Source: Roseomonas sp. (lineage in GTDB: Bacteria; Pseudomonadota; Alphaproteobacteria; Acetobacterales; Acetobacteraceae). From it: 64,000 bases of DNA. The stretch lies in assembly GCA_020249865.1 (NCBI GenBank), contig JADCEV010000062.1:530-64529 (forward strand), in the 5' to 3' direction. Shown piece after piece: positions 46,682 to 56,902 of the stretch. The notes under the pieces were generated by a model, which did not search any database, was not told the DNA's origin, and worked only from the letters and a program-made list of their open reading frames with translations. Positions within the stretch are counted from its first letter, which is position 1, and every line of letters starts with the position of its first letter. Made by a program: the position numbers and the translations under genes.

Positions 46682-47611
46682 ATGATCGCCGCCCATGCGG
46701 ATTGGAGCCTTGATCCGCGCAAGCGCTGGGTCAGCATCGCCCGCCGCCAGGGGAGGCATTGGCAAGCCAGCGCCCCGCGCCTGGTGGGCGATCCCGCCAC
46801 GCTGGCGGCGCATTTGCTGGCGGAAGGCAGCCCCGCCGCTTTGGGGCTGGACCTGCCGCTTGGCGTGCCGCGCGGGTTCGCTGAAAATCGCCCCGAAAGG
46901 GATTTTCCGGCCTTTCTCGCGGGGCTAGCGGGAAAGGCTGACTTCTTCGCGGTATCCCCGACCCTCGAAACGGTCTCGCCTGCCCGGCCCTTCTACCCGG
47001 CGCGCGGCATTAAGGGCATGACGCGCTTGGCCCATGCGACCGCTCTTGGCCTTGCCGATGCCGCTGGCCTGTCCCGCCTATGTGACCGCGCCACGGCAGA
47101 ACGCCCTGCCGGCGCGCCGGTATTCTGGACGCTTGGCGCCAATCAATCCGGCAAGGCCGCCATCAGCGCCTGGCGCGATTGGCTTGCCCCCGCGCTCGCC
47201 GCCGGCGCGCCCTTCCGCCTTTGGCCCTTCGCCGGGGCGCTGCATGATCTGCTCCGCCCCGGTCAGCTTTCAATCGCTGAGGTCTATCCGGCGGAAGCCT
47301 TGCGCCATCTTGGGCTGAAACTCACGGGGTCAAAACGCGCCGAAGCGCCGCGCCGCGCACTCGCCCCCGCGCTGCGCGATGCCATGGCTGCGCTTCACGT
47401 CACCCCGGATGCCGCCTTGGCAGAGATGATCCAAGCCGGCTTCGGCAGCGATGCGGCTGGTGAGGATCGCTTTGATTCCCTGATCGGTCTGCTCGGCCTG
47501 ATTGGCGTTGCGGATGGCAAGCGCCCGGATTTCATCCCCGAAGACCCGATGATCCGCGCCTGGGAAGGCTGGGTCTTGGGCCAAACCGCCCTGCCCCTGA
47601 ACCAGGCCTAA
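46682..47611 (+). CDS. Hypothetical protein, possibly DUF429 (RNase H-like fold)
   Basis: GLDLPLG, EVYPAE and EDRFDSLIGLLGL loosely match what I remember of DUF429. This is a weak assignment. Confidence 0.35.
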   Translation: MIAAHADWSLDPRKRWVSIARRQGRHWQASAPRLVGDPATLAAHLLAEGSPAALGLDLPLGVPRGFAENRPERDFPAFLAGLAGKADFFAVSPTLETVSPARPFYPARGIKGMTRLAHATALGLADAAGLSRLCDRATAERPAGAPVFWTLGANQSGKAAISAWRDWLAPALAAGAPFRLWPFAGALHDLLRPGQLSIAEVYPAEALRHLGLKLTGSKRAEAPRRALAPALRDAMAALHVTPDAALAEMIQAGFGSDAAGEDRFDSLIGLLGLIGVADGKRPDFIPEDPMIRAWEGWVLGQTALPLNQA

Positions 47612-48096
47612 CCCAAAGGCACGCCCGCGGCATCCTTCGCGGTGCGGATCGTCTGCAAGGTCTGCACGCGCAGCACATTCGGCGCCCCGGTCAGCCGCGT
47701 GGTGAGTTCATTCTCATGTGCCGTATTGCGCGCCACGAGTCGCAGCAGGAAATCCCCGCCGCCGCGGATCATGTGGCATTCGCGCACCTCCGGCCAGGAA
47801 GTCGCCAGCGCTTCAAATGCATCCAGCGCGCTTTGCTTTTGCGATTCCAGGCCAACAAGGGCGAAGAACACCACTTCCCAGCCGAGCGCCGTCGGGTCGA
47901 GATCTGCGTGATAGCCGCGAATGACACCTTCTTCTTCCAGCCGGCGGACGCGCCGGAGGCAAGGCGGTGCGGAGAGATTGACGCGGCGCGCCAATTCCAC
48001 ATTCGTGATCCGGCCATCAGCCTGGAGTTCCGCCAGAATCTGACGGTCGAGCGCATCCAGGGCCGGATCGGGGGCGGGGGTCTTGGTATTGGGCAC
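47608..48096 (-). CDS. Lrp/AsnC family transcriptional regulator
   Basis: HTH D..D..IL..L..DGR.TN.ELA..V.LS...C..R...LE..GVI and a C-terminal RAM domain. Confidence 0.9.
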   Translation of the reverse strand: MPNTKTPAPDPALDALDRQILAELQADGRITNVELARRVNLSAPPCLRRVRRLEEEGVIRGYHADLDPTALGWEVVFFALVGLESQKQSALDAFEALATSWPEVRECHMIRGGGDFLLRLVARNTAHENELTTRLTGAPNVLRVQTLQTIRTAKDAAGVPLG

Positions 48097-48223
48097 GGGT
48101 CTTCATTGCTCAAAACCGGGCTGCCGCGCAATATCATTTCAAGATGCGGCATTGGCGCGTCAGCGGCTTGCCCGGAAGGGGCGGCTGGCCGATATCAGCA
48201 AAACGAATACAGGGGTGCAGATC

Positions 48224-49195
48224 GTGGCCGAGACATTTCAAAGCAAGCTGCTCATTCTGGGTGCCGGGCCGGCCGGCTATACGGCGGCGATCTATGCCGC
48301 GCGCGCCGGGCTTTCGCCTTTGCTGGTGGCAGGCATGCAGCCCGGCGGGCAGCTGACGATCACCACCGATGTGGAGAATTACCCAGGCTTTGCGGAAGCC
48401 GTGCAAGGCCCCTGGCTGATGGACCAGATGGCCGCGCAAGCCACGCATTGCGGCACTAAAGTGGTGCAGGATGTCATTACCTCCATTGATCTCTCACGCC
48501 GGCCCTTCCGCGCGGTGGGTGATTCCGGCGATGTCTATGTCGCGGATGCGCTGGTGATCGCGACCGGCGCACAGGCGCGCTGGCTTGGCATTCCGGGGGA
48601 GAAGGAATTGGGCGGTTTCGGTGTTTCCGCCTGCGCCACCTGCGATGGATTCTTTTATCGCGGCAAGGATGTGGCGGTGATTGGCGGCGGCAATTCCGCG
48701 ACCGAGGAAGCGCTCTATCTGTCCAACCTCGCGCGCCATGTCACGTTGATCCATCGGCGTGATTCCTTGCGCTCAGAAAAAATCCTGCAGCAGCGGCTTT
48801 TCGCCAAGCCGAATGTTTCGATCATGTGGAATACGCTGACGGAAGAAGTGCTGGCCGATACATCGGGCCGCATGCCGGTGGCGCGGGGGCTCGCGTTGCG
48901 TGATCGCCTCACGGGGGAAGCGCGCGAATTGAAGGTGGATGGCGTTTTCGTCGCCATCGGCCATTCGCCCGCCACCGCGCTGTTCCAAGGCCAGATCGCC
49001 ATGGATGCGGAATTCTATATCGAAACCACGCCCGGCAGCACGCGCACTTCCATCCCCGGCGTCTTCGCTGCCGGCGATGTGCAGGACAAGATTTATCGCC
49101 AGGCCGTGACCGCCGCCGGGACCGGCTGCATGGCCGCACTTGAAGCCGAAAAATACCTTGCTGCGCTTGAAGCGGGCCACGCGGCGGCAGCCTGA
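48224..49195 (+). CDS. trxB: Thioredoxin-disulfide reductase
   Basis: [22 protein letters not shown], redox-active SACATCDG, and GGGNSA.EEA. I chose the GTG start at 48224 by comparison with E. coli TrxB, recalled from memory. Confidence 0.93.
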   Translation: MAETFQSKLLILGAGPAGYTAAIYAARAGLSPLLVAGMQPGGQLTITTDVENYPGFAEAVQGPWLMDQMAAQATHCGTKVVQDVITSIDLSRRPFRAVGDSGDVYVADALVIATGAQARWLGIPGEKELGGFGVSACATCDGFFYRGKDVAVIGGGNSATEEALYLSNLARHVTLIHRRDSLRSEKILQQRLFAKPNVSIMWNTLTEEVLADTSGRMPVARGLALRDRLTGEARELKVDGVFVAIGHSPATALFQGQIAMDAEFYIETTPGSTRTSIPGVFAAGDVQDKIYRQAVTAAGTGCMAALEAEKYLAALEAGHAAAA

Positions 49196-50085
49196 TGCCG
49201 ACCGATTGGGACAAGCTGCGTATTTTTCACGCGGTGGCCGAGGCTGGTTCCTTCACCCATGCGGGTGAGACACTGAACCTCAGCCAATCCGCCGTCTCGC
49301 GGCAAATTCAGGCGCTGGAAGAAGCGCTGAATGTGCCGCTATTTCATCGCCATGCGCGCGGCCTGATCCTGACCGAACAGGGCGAAACCCTGAACCGCAC
49401 GGTACGAGAGGTTTTCGCGAAACTCGCGATGACCGAGACCATGTTGACCGAAAGCCGGGAACGCCCGGCAGGGCGGCTCAAGGTCACGTCTACCATCGGC
49501 TTTGGCAGTACGTGGCTGGCGCCACGCTTGAAGAAATTGCTGGATATCCACCCGGAAATCAGTGTGACCTTGCTATTGGATGATTCGGATTTGGATATCG
49601 CCATGCGCGAAGCGGATGTCGCGATTCGCATGCACGCGCCGCGGCAACCGGAATTGATCCAGCGCCATATCGCCAGCTTCGGTTGGCGGATTTGTGGTGC
49701 CGCTTCCTATCTGAAGACCATCGGCATCCCGCAACGGCCCGAGGATTTGGATGCGCATCGGCTGATCATCTATGGCGACTATCAGCCGCCGATTGAGAAC
49801 ATCAATTGGTTGGCCGAGGTCGGCCGCCGGCCCGGCACGGCGCGGCGTGCGGCGGTGGAACTCAATTCCATGCCCGGCATGGTGCAGGCGGTCCGCAGCG
49901 GCTTGGGGCTGGCGGCGCTGCCGGATTACATCGGGGCGGAGCTGGATGAATTCGTCCAGGTGCTGCCGGGGGTGAAGGGACCGAAGATTGAGGCCTATTT
50001 CGTCTATCCCGAAGAAATGAGGCATTCCAAGCGTGTAGCGGTGTTCCGGGACTTCCTGGTGGCGGAGCTGACCGGCGCGGTGTGA
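49195..50085 (+). CDS. LysR family transcriptional regulator
   Basis: N-terminal HTH FHAVAEAGSFT.AGE.LNLSQSAVSRQI..LE. The start overlaps the trxB stop (TGATG). Confidence 0.9.
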   Translation: MPTDWDKLRIFHAVAEAGSFTHAGETLNLSQSAVSRQIQALEEALNVPLFHRHARGLILTEQGETLNRTVREVFAKLAMTETMLTESRERPAGRLKVTSTIGFGSTWLAPRLKKLLDIHPEISVTLLLDDSDLDIAMREADVAIRMHAPRQPELIQRHIASFGWRICGAASYLKTIGIPQRPEDLDAHRLIIYGDYQPPIENINWLAEVGRRPGTARRAAVELNSMPGMVQAVRSGLGLAALPDYIGAELDEFVQVLPGVKGPKIEAYFVYPEEMRHSKRVAVFRDFLVAELTGAV

Positions 50086-50179
50086 CTGAATGTTACGGGA
50101 AAGGGGTTAGCCATGCGTTTTCTGCATGGCCGTGTAGTCGAGAACGGGAACCACAACCCACGCGAGAGCGGCTATAAAA

Positions 50180-50289
50180 TGGGCATCCGAGATTTTCGGA
50201 AGGGGTCAGTTGATCCCTCGTCTCCCAGACGTGAAGCCTCCCTGTTGACTTGGCCCGGAAACCTTACGGTTTTCGGGCCATTCTTTTTT
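50180..50289 (+). ncRNA. Candidate small RNA upstream of the tandem Bug genes (5' end uncertain)
   Basis: No credible ORF. TATAAA lies at 50173-50178 without a good -35. C-rich motifs are UCUCCC (50221-50226) and GCCUCCC (50237-50243). It ends in a strong terminator. Confidence 0.25.
50252..50289 (+). terminator. Rho-independent terminator
   Basis: A 12-bp stem GGCCCGGAAACC/GGTTTTCGGGCC (one G-U pair) with loop TTAC, followed by ATTCTTTTTT. Confidence 0.75.
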
Positions 50290-50380
50290 GGGGCGGTCGC
50301 TTTCCCCTTGACGCGCCCGCCCTTCCCGCCCTGCCATGGGAGAAAATCAGCCCCACAAGGGCAAAAAGGGGAGAGGACGC

Positions 50381-51352
50381 ATGTCAGGAACAACGCGCCG
50401 CACTGCCTTGGGGTTGGGGGCCGCGCTGCTCGCTGCGCCGGCCTTGGGGCAGTCGCTTTGGCCAACCGGGCCCGTTCGTTTCATCGTCACCTTCCCAGCG
50501 GGCGGTTCCACCGATCTGCTATCACGCATCTGGTGCAACCGCATGGCGGAAATCACTGGCCAGCCCTTTGTGGTGGAAAATCGCTCGGGCTCCGGCGGCA
50601 ATGTCGGGACGGAAGCAATTGCGCGCGCGGCACCGGATGGCAATACGATTGGGCTTGCCTCTGTTGCATCGCTTTCCATCGCGCCCACCTTGTATCGGCG
50701 CCTGCCCTTCGATGTGACGCGTGACTTTTCGTATATCTGCGGCCTTTGGCAATTGCCGAATCTGCTGATCACGCGGCTTGATTTTCCTGCCGATAACGTG
50801 CCGGAACTGATCCGCCAGGCGCGCGACAACCCTGGGCGCTTTACCTTCGCAAGCTCCGGCGCGGGTACCACGCTTCATCTTTCTGGTGAATTATTCAAGC
50901 AAATGGCGGGCGTGGATATTCTGCATATCCCCTATCGCGGCGGTGCACCGGCGCAGATTGATCTGCTGGCCGGGCGTGTGGATATGATGTTCGGCAATAT
51001 ACCGGAAGCGGTGCGCGCCTTTCGCGAAGGCAAGGTGAAGGCGCTTGGCGTGACAGGCCCGCAGCGTAGCCCGCAAGCGCCGCAAATTCCCGCCATTGGT
51101 GAATTCCTGCCGGGCTATGCGGTGACTTCCTGGGGCGGGGTTTGCGGCCCGGCCGGCATTTCGCCCTCCATTGTTGCGCGCATCGCCGAACTTGGCCGGC
51201 AGGCGGTGGAAAGCCCCGATGTGCGGCGCCGTTATGAGGAAGCAGCCGCGGAAGTCTGGTGGGTATCACCCCAGGATTTGGCGCAATTCCGTCGCGCCAA
51301 TGAGGAAAGCTTCGCCCCCCTGATCCGCGCTGCGGGCGCGGTGGTGGAATAG
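50381..51352 (+). CDS. Bug/TctC family substrate-binding protein
   Basis: RR signal MSGTTRRTALGLG. Blocks PVRFIVTFPAGGSTD, VVENRSGSGGN and FASSGAGTT. GGGGAGAGGA lies before the ATG. Confidence 0.85.
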   Translation: MSGTTRRTALGLGAALLAAPALGQSLWPTGPVRFIVTFPAGGSTDLLSRIWCNRMAEITGQPFVVENRSGSGGNVGTEAIARAAPDGNTIGLASVASLSIAPTLYRRLPFDVTRDFSYICGLWQLPNLLITRLDFPADNVPELIRQARDNPGRFTFASSGAGTTLHLSGELFKQMAGVDILHIPYRGGAPAQIDLLAGRVDMMFGNIPEAVRAFREGKVKALGVTGPQRSPQAPQIPAIGEFLPGYAVTSWGGVCGPAGISPSIVARIAELGRQAVESPDVRRRYEEAAAEVWWVSPQDLAQFRRANEESFAPLIRAAGAVVE

Positions 51353-51420
51353 CCTTTGATGCGCTCTGCACAAGCCAAGACCAATGCGATATGCTCCGGG
51401 CGAATAACGGGAGGATCACC

Positions 51421-52401
51421 ATGAAAAACACCATCACACGCCGCACCACCTTGGGCCTTGGCGCCGGATTGCTCGCCGCCCCCGGCATTGTCAGCGCGCA
51501 GGGCAATTGGCCAAGCGGCCCCATTCGCTTCATCGGGCTTTTCCCACCGGGCGGCGGCACGGATATCCTGTCCCGCATCTGGTGCATCAAAATGAGCGAA
51601 ATGACCGGCCAGCAATTCGTGGTCGAAAACCGTTCCGGTTCCGGCGGCAATGTGGGGACAGAGGCGATTGCGCGCTCCACGCCGGATGGCAATACCATCG
51701 GGCTTGCTTCGGTCGCGCCACTCGCGATTTCGCCGACGCTCTATACGCGGCTCAATTACAATCCCGCGCGTGACATCGCGCTGATTTCTGGCCTGTGGCA
51801 ATTGCCGAATATGCTGGTGGTGAATAATGACGTGCCGGCGCGCAGCGTGCCTGAACTGATCGCGCTGCTGAAGGCCAATCCCGGCAAATTTGCTTTCGCA
51901 TCATCCGGGTCCGGCACCACGGTTCATCTTTCCGGTGAGATGTTCAAGCATTTGGCCGGCGTGGATATGCTGCATGTGCCCTATCGCGGTGCGGCGCCGG
52001 CGCATATTGATCTGGCCGGCGGGCGCGTTCACATGATTTTTGACAATATCCCGCAAGCGCTTGCCTTGGCGCGAGACGGCAAGGTGCGTGCGCTGGCGGT
52101 GACGGGCGCGCAGCGCAGCCCGCAAGCGCCCGAAATTCCCACCATGGCGGAATTCCTGCCGGGGTTTGAAATCAATTCCTGGGGCGGGGTTTGCGCGCCG
52201 GCCGGGATTTCCCCGGCGCTGATCCGGCGCATCAATGAACTCACCAAGCAATCGCTGGAAACCGATGATATCAAGCGGCGCTTTTTCGAAAACGGCGCGA
52301 CCACCTGGTACACCACGCCGGAGGAATTCGTGAAATTCCGCGCCGAGAATGAAGCCGCCTTCGCACCGCTGATCCGCGCTTCCGGCGCCCGGGTGGACTA
52401 A
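51421..52401 (+). CDS. Bug/TctC family substrate-binding protein (tandem paralog)
   Basis: Collinear with the preceding gene and highly similar by eye. GGGAGGA lies before the ATG. Confidence 0.85.
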   Translation: MKNTITRRTTLGLGAGLLAAPGIVSAQGNWPSGPIRFIGLFPPGGGTDILSRIWCIKMSEMTGQQFVVENRSGSGGNVGTEAIARSTPDGNTIGLASVAPLAISPTLYTRLNYNPARDIALISGLWQLPNMLVVNNDVPARSVPELIALLKANPGKFAFASSGSGTTVHLSGEMFKHLAGVDMLHVPYRGAAPAHIDLAGGRVHMIFDNIPQALALARDGKVRALAVTGAQRSPQAPEIPTMAEFLPGFEINSWGGVCAPAGISPALIRRINELTKQSLETDDIKRRFFENGATTWYTTPEEFVKFRAENEAAFAPLIRASGARVD

Positions 52402-52925
52402 GCCGCGCGCCGATTCCACGGCATCAGCGCAAGGAAATTCGCCATGGGGCAAAGCCCCATCATGCCGGCGAAAACCAGGCCCGCGCCAACAAAGGCGGAA
52501 AGCGCGTGAAAGCGCGGATCCACCAGCGCGCCCAATACGGCGCCCAGCAGCACCAGGCTGCCTGCGGTGATCTGCACCTGCCGCATGATGGGCAAGGGTG
52601 CGCGCTTGTCTTCCTGAAGCTTCACCCCAGCAGCAGCCAGCGCACCGATCCCACCTTCCACGAGCAGCACTCGGCAGCCCGGCGCGGCGGCGGCAAGCGC
52701 GCCCGCATTCTGCGCGGTGCGGCTGCCCGATTGGCAATGGAAAATCACCGTGGACCCCGGCGCGATGCCGAGTGCAGCACCCCCCAACCGAGACACCGGC
52801 GCATGGACAGATCCCGGCACATGGCTACGCGCCCGTTCATCGGCTTCGCGAATATCCACCAGCACGGCCTCGCCCGAGGTGATCAGGCCAGCGGCTTCGC
52901 GGGCGGGAATGGATTGGGCAGTCAT
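52398..52925 (-). CDS. Rhodanese domain protein with C-terminal DUF2892 membrane anchor (YgaP-like)
   Basis: Active-site loop HCQSGSRT and C-terminal GLCPMANFL. Confidence 0.75.
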   Translation of the reverse strand: MTAQSIPAREAAGLITSGEAVLVDIREADERARSHVPGSVHAPVSRLGGAALGIAPGSTVIFHCQSGSRTAQNAGALAAAAPGCRVLLVEGGIGALAAAGVKLQEDKRAPLPIMRQVQITAGSLVLLGAVLGALVDPRFHALSAFVGAGLVFAGMMGLCPMANFLALMPWNRRAA

Positions 52926-52990
52926 GGCGGGCTCCTCACGCAGCGGAGGAATAAATAAATTAGCCTTGCCTTATATTCAAGCGAAAAGCG

Positions 52991-53659
52991 TCAAAAATCC
53001 AGATCGGCGTAATGTTCAGGCGGGATCAGGCCGCTGATCCGGTCTTGCAAAAGGGGCCGGAAGGATGGGCGGGATTTCACCCGGGCATACCAATCCTTGG
53101 CGGCGTCATTCAGCGCCCAATCCACATCGCCCAGATAATCCAGCGCCGAAAGATGCGCCGCCGCTGCCAAATCCGCGAGTGACAGCGCATTCCCCCCGAG
53201 CCAGGGCCGGGTTTCCGCAAGCCAACCGAGGTAATCGAGATGCGGGCGCAAATTGGCATAGCCGGCGCGAATGGCCCCGGCATCGGGATTGCCGCGGCCC
53301 ATCAGCTGCTTCATCTGCTTTTCAAACAGCAGGTTCCGCCCAACTTCAAAATGGAACTTACCGTCAAACCACGCGACCAGGCGCCGGATTTCCGCCCTTT
53401 CGCCGAGTGAGCGCCCAAGCAGCGGCATATCCGGATAGGCTTCATCCAGATATTCGCAAATGGCGTAGGAATCGATGATGCAAAAGCCGTTTTCTTCCTG
53501 CAGCACGGGCACGGTGCAGGCGGGGTTGATGGTGAGGAACTCCGCACGCCTTTCCCAGACCCTTTCGACCCGAAGATCAAAGGGAATGCGCTTTTCCGCC
53601 AAGGCAAGGCGCACCTTGCGCGAATAGGGAGAGAGGGGGAGGTGATAGAGAATCCGCAC
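52991..53659 (-). CDS. Glutathione S-transferase
   Basis: SPYSRKVRLAL.EK, TVPVL, and a helical C-terminal domain. Confidence 0.85.
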   Translation of the reverse strand: MRILYHLPLSPYSRKVRLALAEKRIPFDLRVERVWERRAEFLTINPACTVPVLQEENGFCIIDSYAICEYLDEAYPDMPLLGRSLGERAEIRRLVAWFDGKFHFEVGRNLLFEKQMKQLMGRGNPDAGAIRAGYANLRPHLDYLGWLAETRPWLGGNALSLADLAAAAHLSALDYLGDVDWALNDAAKDWYARVKSRPSFRPLLQDRISGLIPPEHYADLDF

Positions 53660-53708
53660 CGCGCGCTTATGCCACCCGCCCGCCGCTGGTGCAAAAAGCG
53701 GCGCCCCC

Positions 53709-54452
53709 TCAAAGCGCGATGCGCTTCAGCTTTTTCCAGCCGGCCGCCGGGGGCGTCGTGTCCTCCGGGAAATGCACCCGCGCCAGCACGAAGGCGGCGG
53801 AGGCTTCAATCTCCCGCCGCGCAGCCTCGGCTGCTGCTTGACCATCGCCCGCCTTGGCCGCAGCCAAAAGCCCCTGATGATCATCCGCATCGGGCCGCGC
53901 CGGCATGATCGGCCGCGCCATCGCCAGCACCGCACTGCGACGCATCCACAAGCTTTCGATCATCGCCAGCAAAAGCGGCTGGTTGGCCGCGGCGTAATAG
54001 CGCTGATGCAGCAGCCTATCGCCACGGCGATAGCCATCCTCATCCCCCGCTGCCCTGGCTATGCGCGCCGTTTCGGCAATCTGTTCAAGGGCGGCGATAT
54101 CCGCCTTGGTGAGGCGCGGGGCCGCATCCGCCGCCGCCACCGGTTCGATCAGCGTGCGGATGCGCATGATTTCCCGATAGGCATCGCGGGTAATCAGCGG
54201 CACGAAGGCGCTGCCGCTGGGGCTGAGATCAAGGCAGCGTTCCGCCGCCAGCCGGCGCAAGGCAGCGCGGGCCGGCATGGGGCTGACGCCGAGTGCCGCG
54301 GCAATACGGCGGATGGAAAGCTTTTCCCCCGGCGGAAAGCCGCCCTGGATCAGGATGTCCCGCAGCGCCCCATAGGCACGTGCCTCCAGGGAGGCGCCAT
54401 CGGCGGATTCCGCTTGCGGGGCGGATTTTACGTGATTACGCTTCAGCGGCAT
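53709..54452 (-). CDS. GntR family transcriptional regulator (FCD type)
   Basis: Winged HTH G.KLS.RRIAAALGVSPMPAR.AL.RL and a C-terminal FCD-like helical domain. Confidence 0.85.
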   Translation of the reverse strand: MPLKRNHVKSAPQAESADGASLEARAYGALRDILIQGGFPPGEKLSIRRIAAALGVSPMPARAALRRLAAERCLDLSPSGSAFVPLITRDAYREIMRIRTLIEPVAAADAAPRLTKADIAALEQIAETARIARAAGDEDGYRRGDRLLHQRYYAAANQPLLLAMIESLWMRRSAVLAMARPIMPARPDADDHQGLLAAAKAGDGQAAAEAARREIEASAAFVLARVHFPEDTTPPAAGWKKLKRIAL

Positions 54453-54516
54453 TTGTGATCACACTTCCTAACGGCCCGGCACCCGCCCCGCCTAAGAAAC
54501 GAAGGAGGAAAACATC

Positions 54517-55554
54517 ATGACAGGTCATCGCCCTTTCTGGCGCGCATTTCTAGCCGCCTCTGCCGCCATTCTGGGGTTTTTCAGCGCCGCCCCGGCTGAA
54601 GCCGGCGCCACCCTGGATGCCATCAAGCGCGCCGGCCTTTTGCGCTGCGGGGTTTCCGGCGCCGTTCCGCATATGTCCATGCCTGATAGCCAGGGGCGCT
54701 GGCAGGGTTTTGATGTGGAAATCTGTCGCGCCGTTGCTGCTGCGGTTTTCGGTGATGCGGATAAGGTGCGCTTTGTGCCAACTACCGCGCAGAACCGTTT
54801 CACAGCGCTGCAATCGGGCGAAGTGGATATGCTGTCCCGCACCACGGCCCTGACCCTGGTTCGCGATAGCCAATTGGGTATCAATATACCCGTGGCACAT
54901 TTTTACACCGGCCAAGGCTTTCTGGTGCATCGGCGCACCGGCGTGCAGCGCGCACTTGATCTGAATGGCGCCACGGTATGCGCCACCCAGGGCAGCATCA
55001 TCGAACGCAATATCGAAGATTGGGCGCGGGTGAATAACATCCGCGTCACCACCATTTCCTTCGATACGCCACCTGCCGTGCTGGCAGCCTTCATCGCCGG
55101 ACGCTGCGATGCCATCAGCAATGACATGATCAACCTGGCCGCCAACCGCGCCGGCGCGCCGAACCCGAATGATCTGGTGCTGCTGCCCGATATGATCGTG
55201 AAGGAAATGCACGGCATCCTGGCACGCAATGGCGATCAGGACTGGTCTTCCCTGCTCCGCTGGGTGGTCTTCGCCCTGATCCAGGCCGAGGAATTCGGCA
55301 TCACGCGTGCGAATATCGAGGAAACCCGCCGTACCTCCACCGATCCCGCCATTCGCCGCTTCCTGGGGCTGACGGAGAATATCGGCTCGGCCTGGGGCCT
55401 CGGCAATGATTGGGCCTTTCAGGTAGTGCGCCAGATTGGCAATTATGGTGAGATGTTCGAACGCACCGCGGGCAAGAACGGGCTTGGGCTGGACCGCGGG
55501 CAAAACAACATCTGGTCCAAGGGCGGGCTGCACATGTCCTGGCTTTGGCAATAA
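54517..55554 (+). CDS. Amino acid ABC transporter substrate-binding protein (AapJ/BztA-like)
   Basis: Signal peptide. Blocks LRCGVS, GFDV..CRA.AAA and ALQSGEVD.L.R.TT. Confidence 0.8.
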   Translation: MTGHRPFWRAFLAASAAILGFFSAAPAEAGATLDAIKRAGLLRCGVSGAVPHMSMPDSQGRWQGFDVEICRAVAAAVFGDADKVRFVPTTAQNRFTALQSGEVDMLSRTTALTLVRDSQLGINIPVAHFYTGQGFLVHRRTGVQRALDLNGATVCATQGSIIERNIEDWARVNNIRVTTISFDTPPAVLAAFIAGRCDAISNDMINLAANRAGAPNPNDLVLLPDMIVKEMHGILARNGDQDWSSLLRWVVFALIQAEEFGITRANIEETRRTSTDPAIRRFLGLTENIGSAWGLGNDWAFQVVRQIGNYGEMFERTAGKNGLGLDRGQNNIWSKGGLHMSWLWQ

Positions 55555-55566
55555 CGGAGGAAACAC

Positions 55567-56901
55567 ATGACACCGCCGCTTGATGCATCCGCCGCGCCGC
55601 GCAATTCCGATCTGGAAGCGGCCCTTGCCGAAGCGCGGGAGAATTATTCCCGCGCCCGCCCCAAAAGCGCCACCGCGCACGAGACCGCCCGCACGGTGAT
55701 GCCGGGCGGCAATACACGCACCACGCTATTCTACACGCCCTTCCCGACCGCCATGAAAAGCGGTCAGGGCTGCTATCTGGAAGATATTGACGGCAACAAA
55801 TACCTCGACCTCTGCGGCGAATATACCGCCGGGCTGTTCGGCCATTCCGATCCGCGCATTCAGGCCATGCTGCATAAGGTGATTGAAAACGGCATCAGCC
55901 TGGCCGCCGTTGGGGAGAATGAGGCAAAGCTCGCCGCCATTCTCTGCGCGCGTTTTCCCGCCCTGGAATTGGTGCGCTTCACCAATAGCGGGACCGAGGC
56001 GAATCTGATGGCCGTTGCTGCCGCGCGCGCGCATACGGGGCGCAGCAAGATCATCGCCTTCCGTGGCGGCTATCATGGCGGGGTGATGAGCTTCGTCACC
56101 GGCGGCAGTGTGGTGAATGCGCCGTTTTCGGTGACGCTTGCCGAATATAACGACCTGCCCGGCACTTTGGCGCTCATCCGCGAACATGCCGCTGATTTGG
56201 CCGCTGTGCTGCTGGAACCCATGATGGGCAGCGGCGGCTGCATTCCCGCCACGCGTGAGTTTCTGGCCGGGCTGCGGGACGCCACGCGCGAAGTCGGCGC
56301 CATGCTGATTTTCGATGAGGTGATGACCAGCCGCCACACCGCAGGCGGCCTGCAGAAACTGCATGGCATCACGCCTGATCTTGTCTCACTCGGCAAATAC
56401 ATCGCGGGCGGCATGTCCTTTGGCGCCTTTGGCGGGCGCGCTGATGTCATGTCGGTATTCGATTCACATAAGCCCAATGCACTGACACATTCCGGCACCT
56501 TCAATAACAACGTGCTGTCCATGTCAGCGGGTACGCTCGCCATGGGTGAGATTTTTGATGACATGGCGGCAGAAGATTTGCGCAAGCGTGGCGATGGGTT
56601 GCGCGATGCGCTGAACGGGATTTGCGCCAAGCACAAGGTCGCCATGCAATTCACCGGCATTGGCAGCATGGTGCAGCCGCATTTCCGTCTGGGGCCGATC
56701 CTGCGCCCCTATGCGGCCAGCCCGCAGGAAGAAGGGCTGCGGGAATTGTTCTTCCTGGATATGATGCAGGCGGGGATTTACATCGCCCGGCGCGGTATGG
56801 TGGCGCTCAGCCTGCCAGTCGGTGAGCCAGAGCTTTTGCGCTACATCGTGGCGGTGGAGGAATTCTGCGCGTCGCGCAAGCCGCTGATGGCGGCCGCTTA
56901 G
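55567..56901 (+). CDS. Class III aminotransferase (glutamate-1-semialdehyde aminomutase-like)
   Basis: Blocks F.NSGTEANL.A...AR, LIFDEVMTS and PDL..LGKYIAGG (PLP lysine). Confidence 0.85.
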   Translation: MTPPLDASAAPRNSDLEAALAEARENYSRARPKSATAHETARTVMPGGNTRTTLFYTPFPTAMKSGQGCYLEDIDGNKYLDLCGEYTAGLFGHSDPRIQAMLHKVIENGISLAAVGENEAKLAAILCARFPALELVRFTNSGTEANLMAVAAARAHTGRSKIIAFRGGYHGGVMSFVTGGSVVNAPFSVTLAEYNDLPGTLALIREHAADLAAVLLEPMMGSGGCIPATREFLAGLRDATREVGAMLIFDEVMTSRHTAGGLQKLHGITPDLVSLGKYIAGGMSFGAFGGRADVMSVFDSHKPNALTHSGTFNNNVLSMSAGTLAMGEIFDDMAAEDLRKRGDGLRDALNGICAKHKVAMQFTGIGSMVQPHFRLGPILRPYAASPQEEGLRELFFLDMMQAGIYIARRGMVALSLPVGEPELLRYIVAVEEFCASRKPLMAAA

Positions 56902-56902
56902 G

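Noticed and set aside
50110-50130. Hairpin GCCATGC-GTTTTCT-GCATGGC after lysR as a terminator.
   Set aside because: It is only a 7-bp stem with no following T-run. It may pause or terminate lysR transcripts, but that cannot be supported as a feature from sequence alone.
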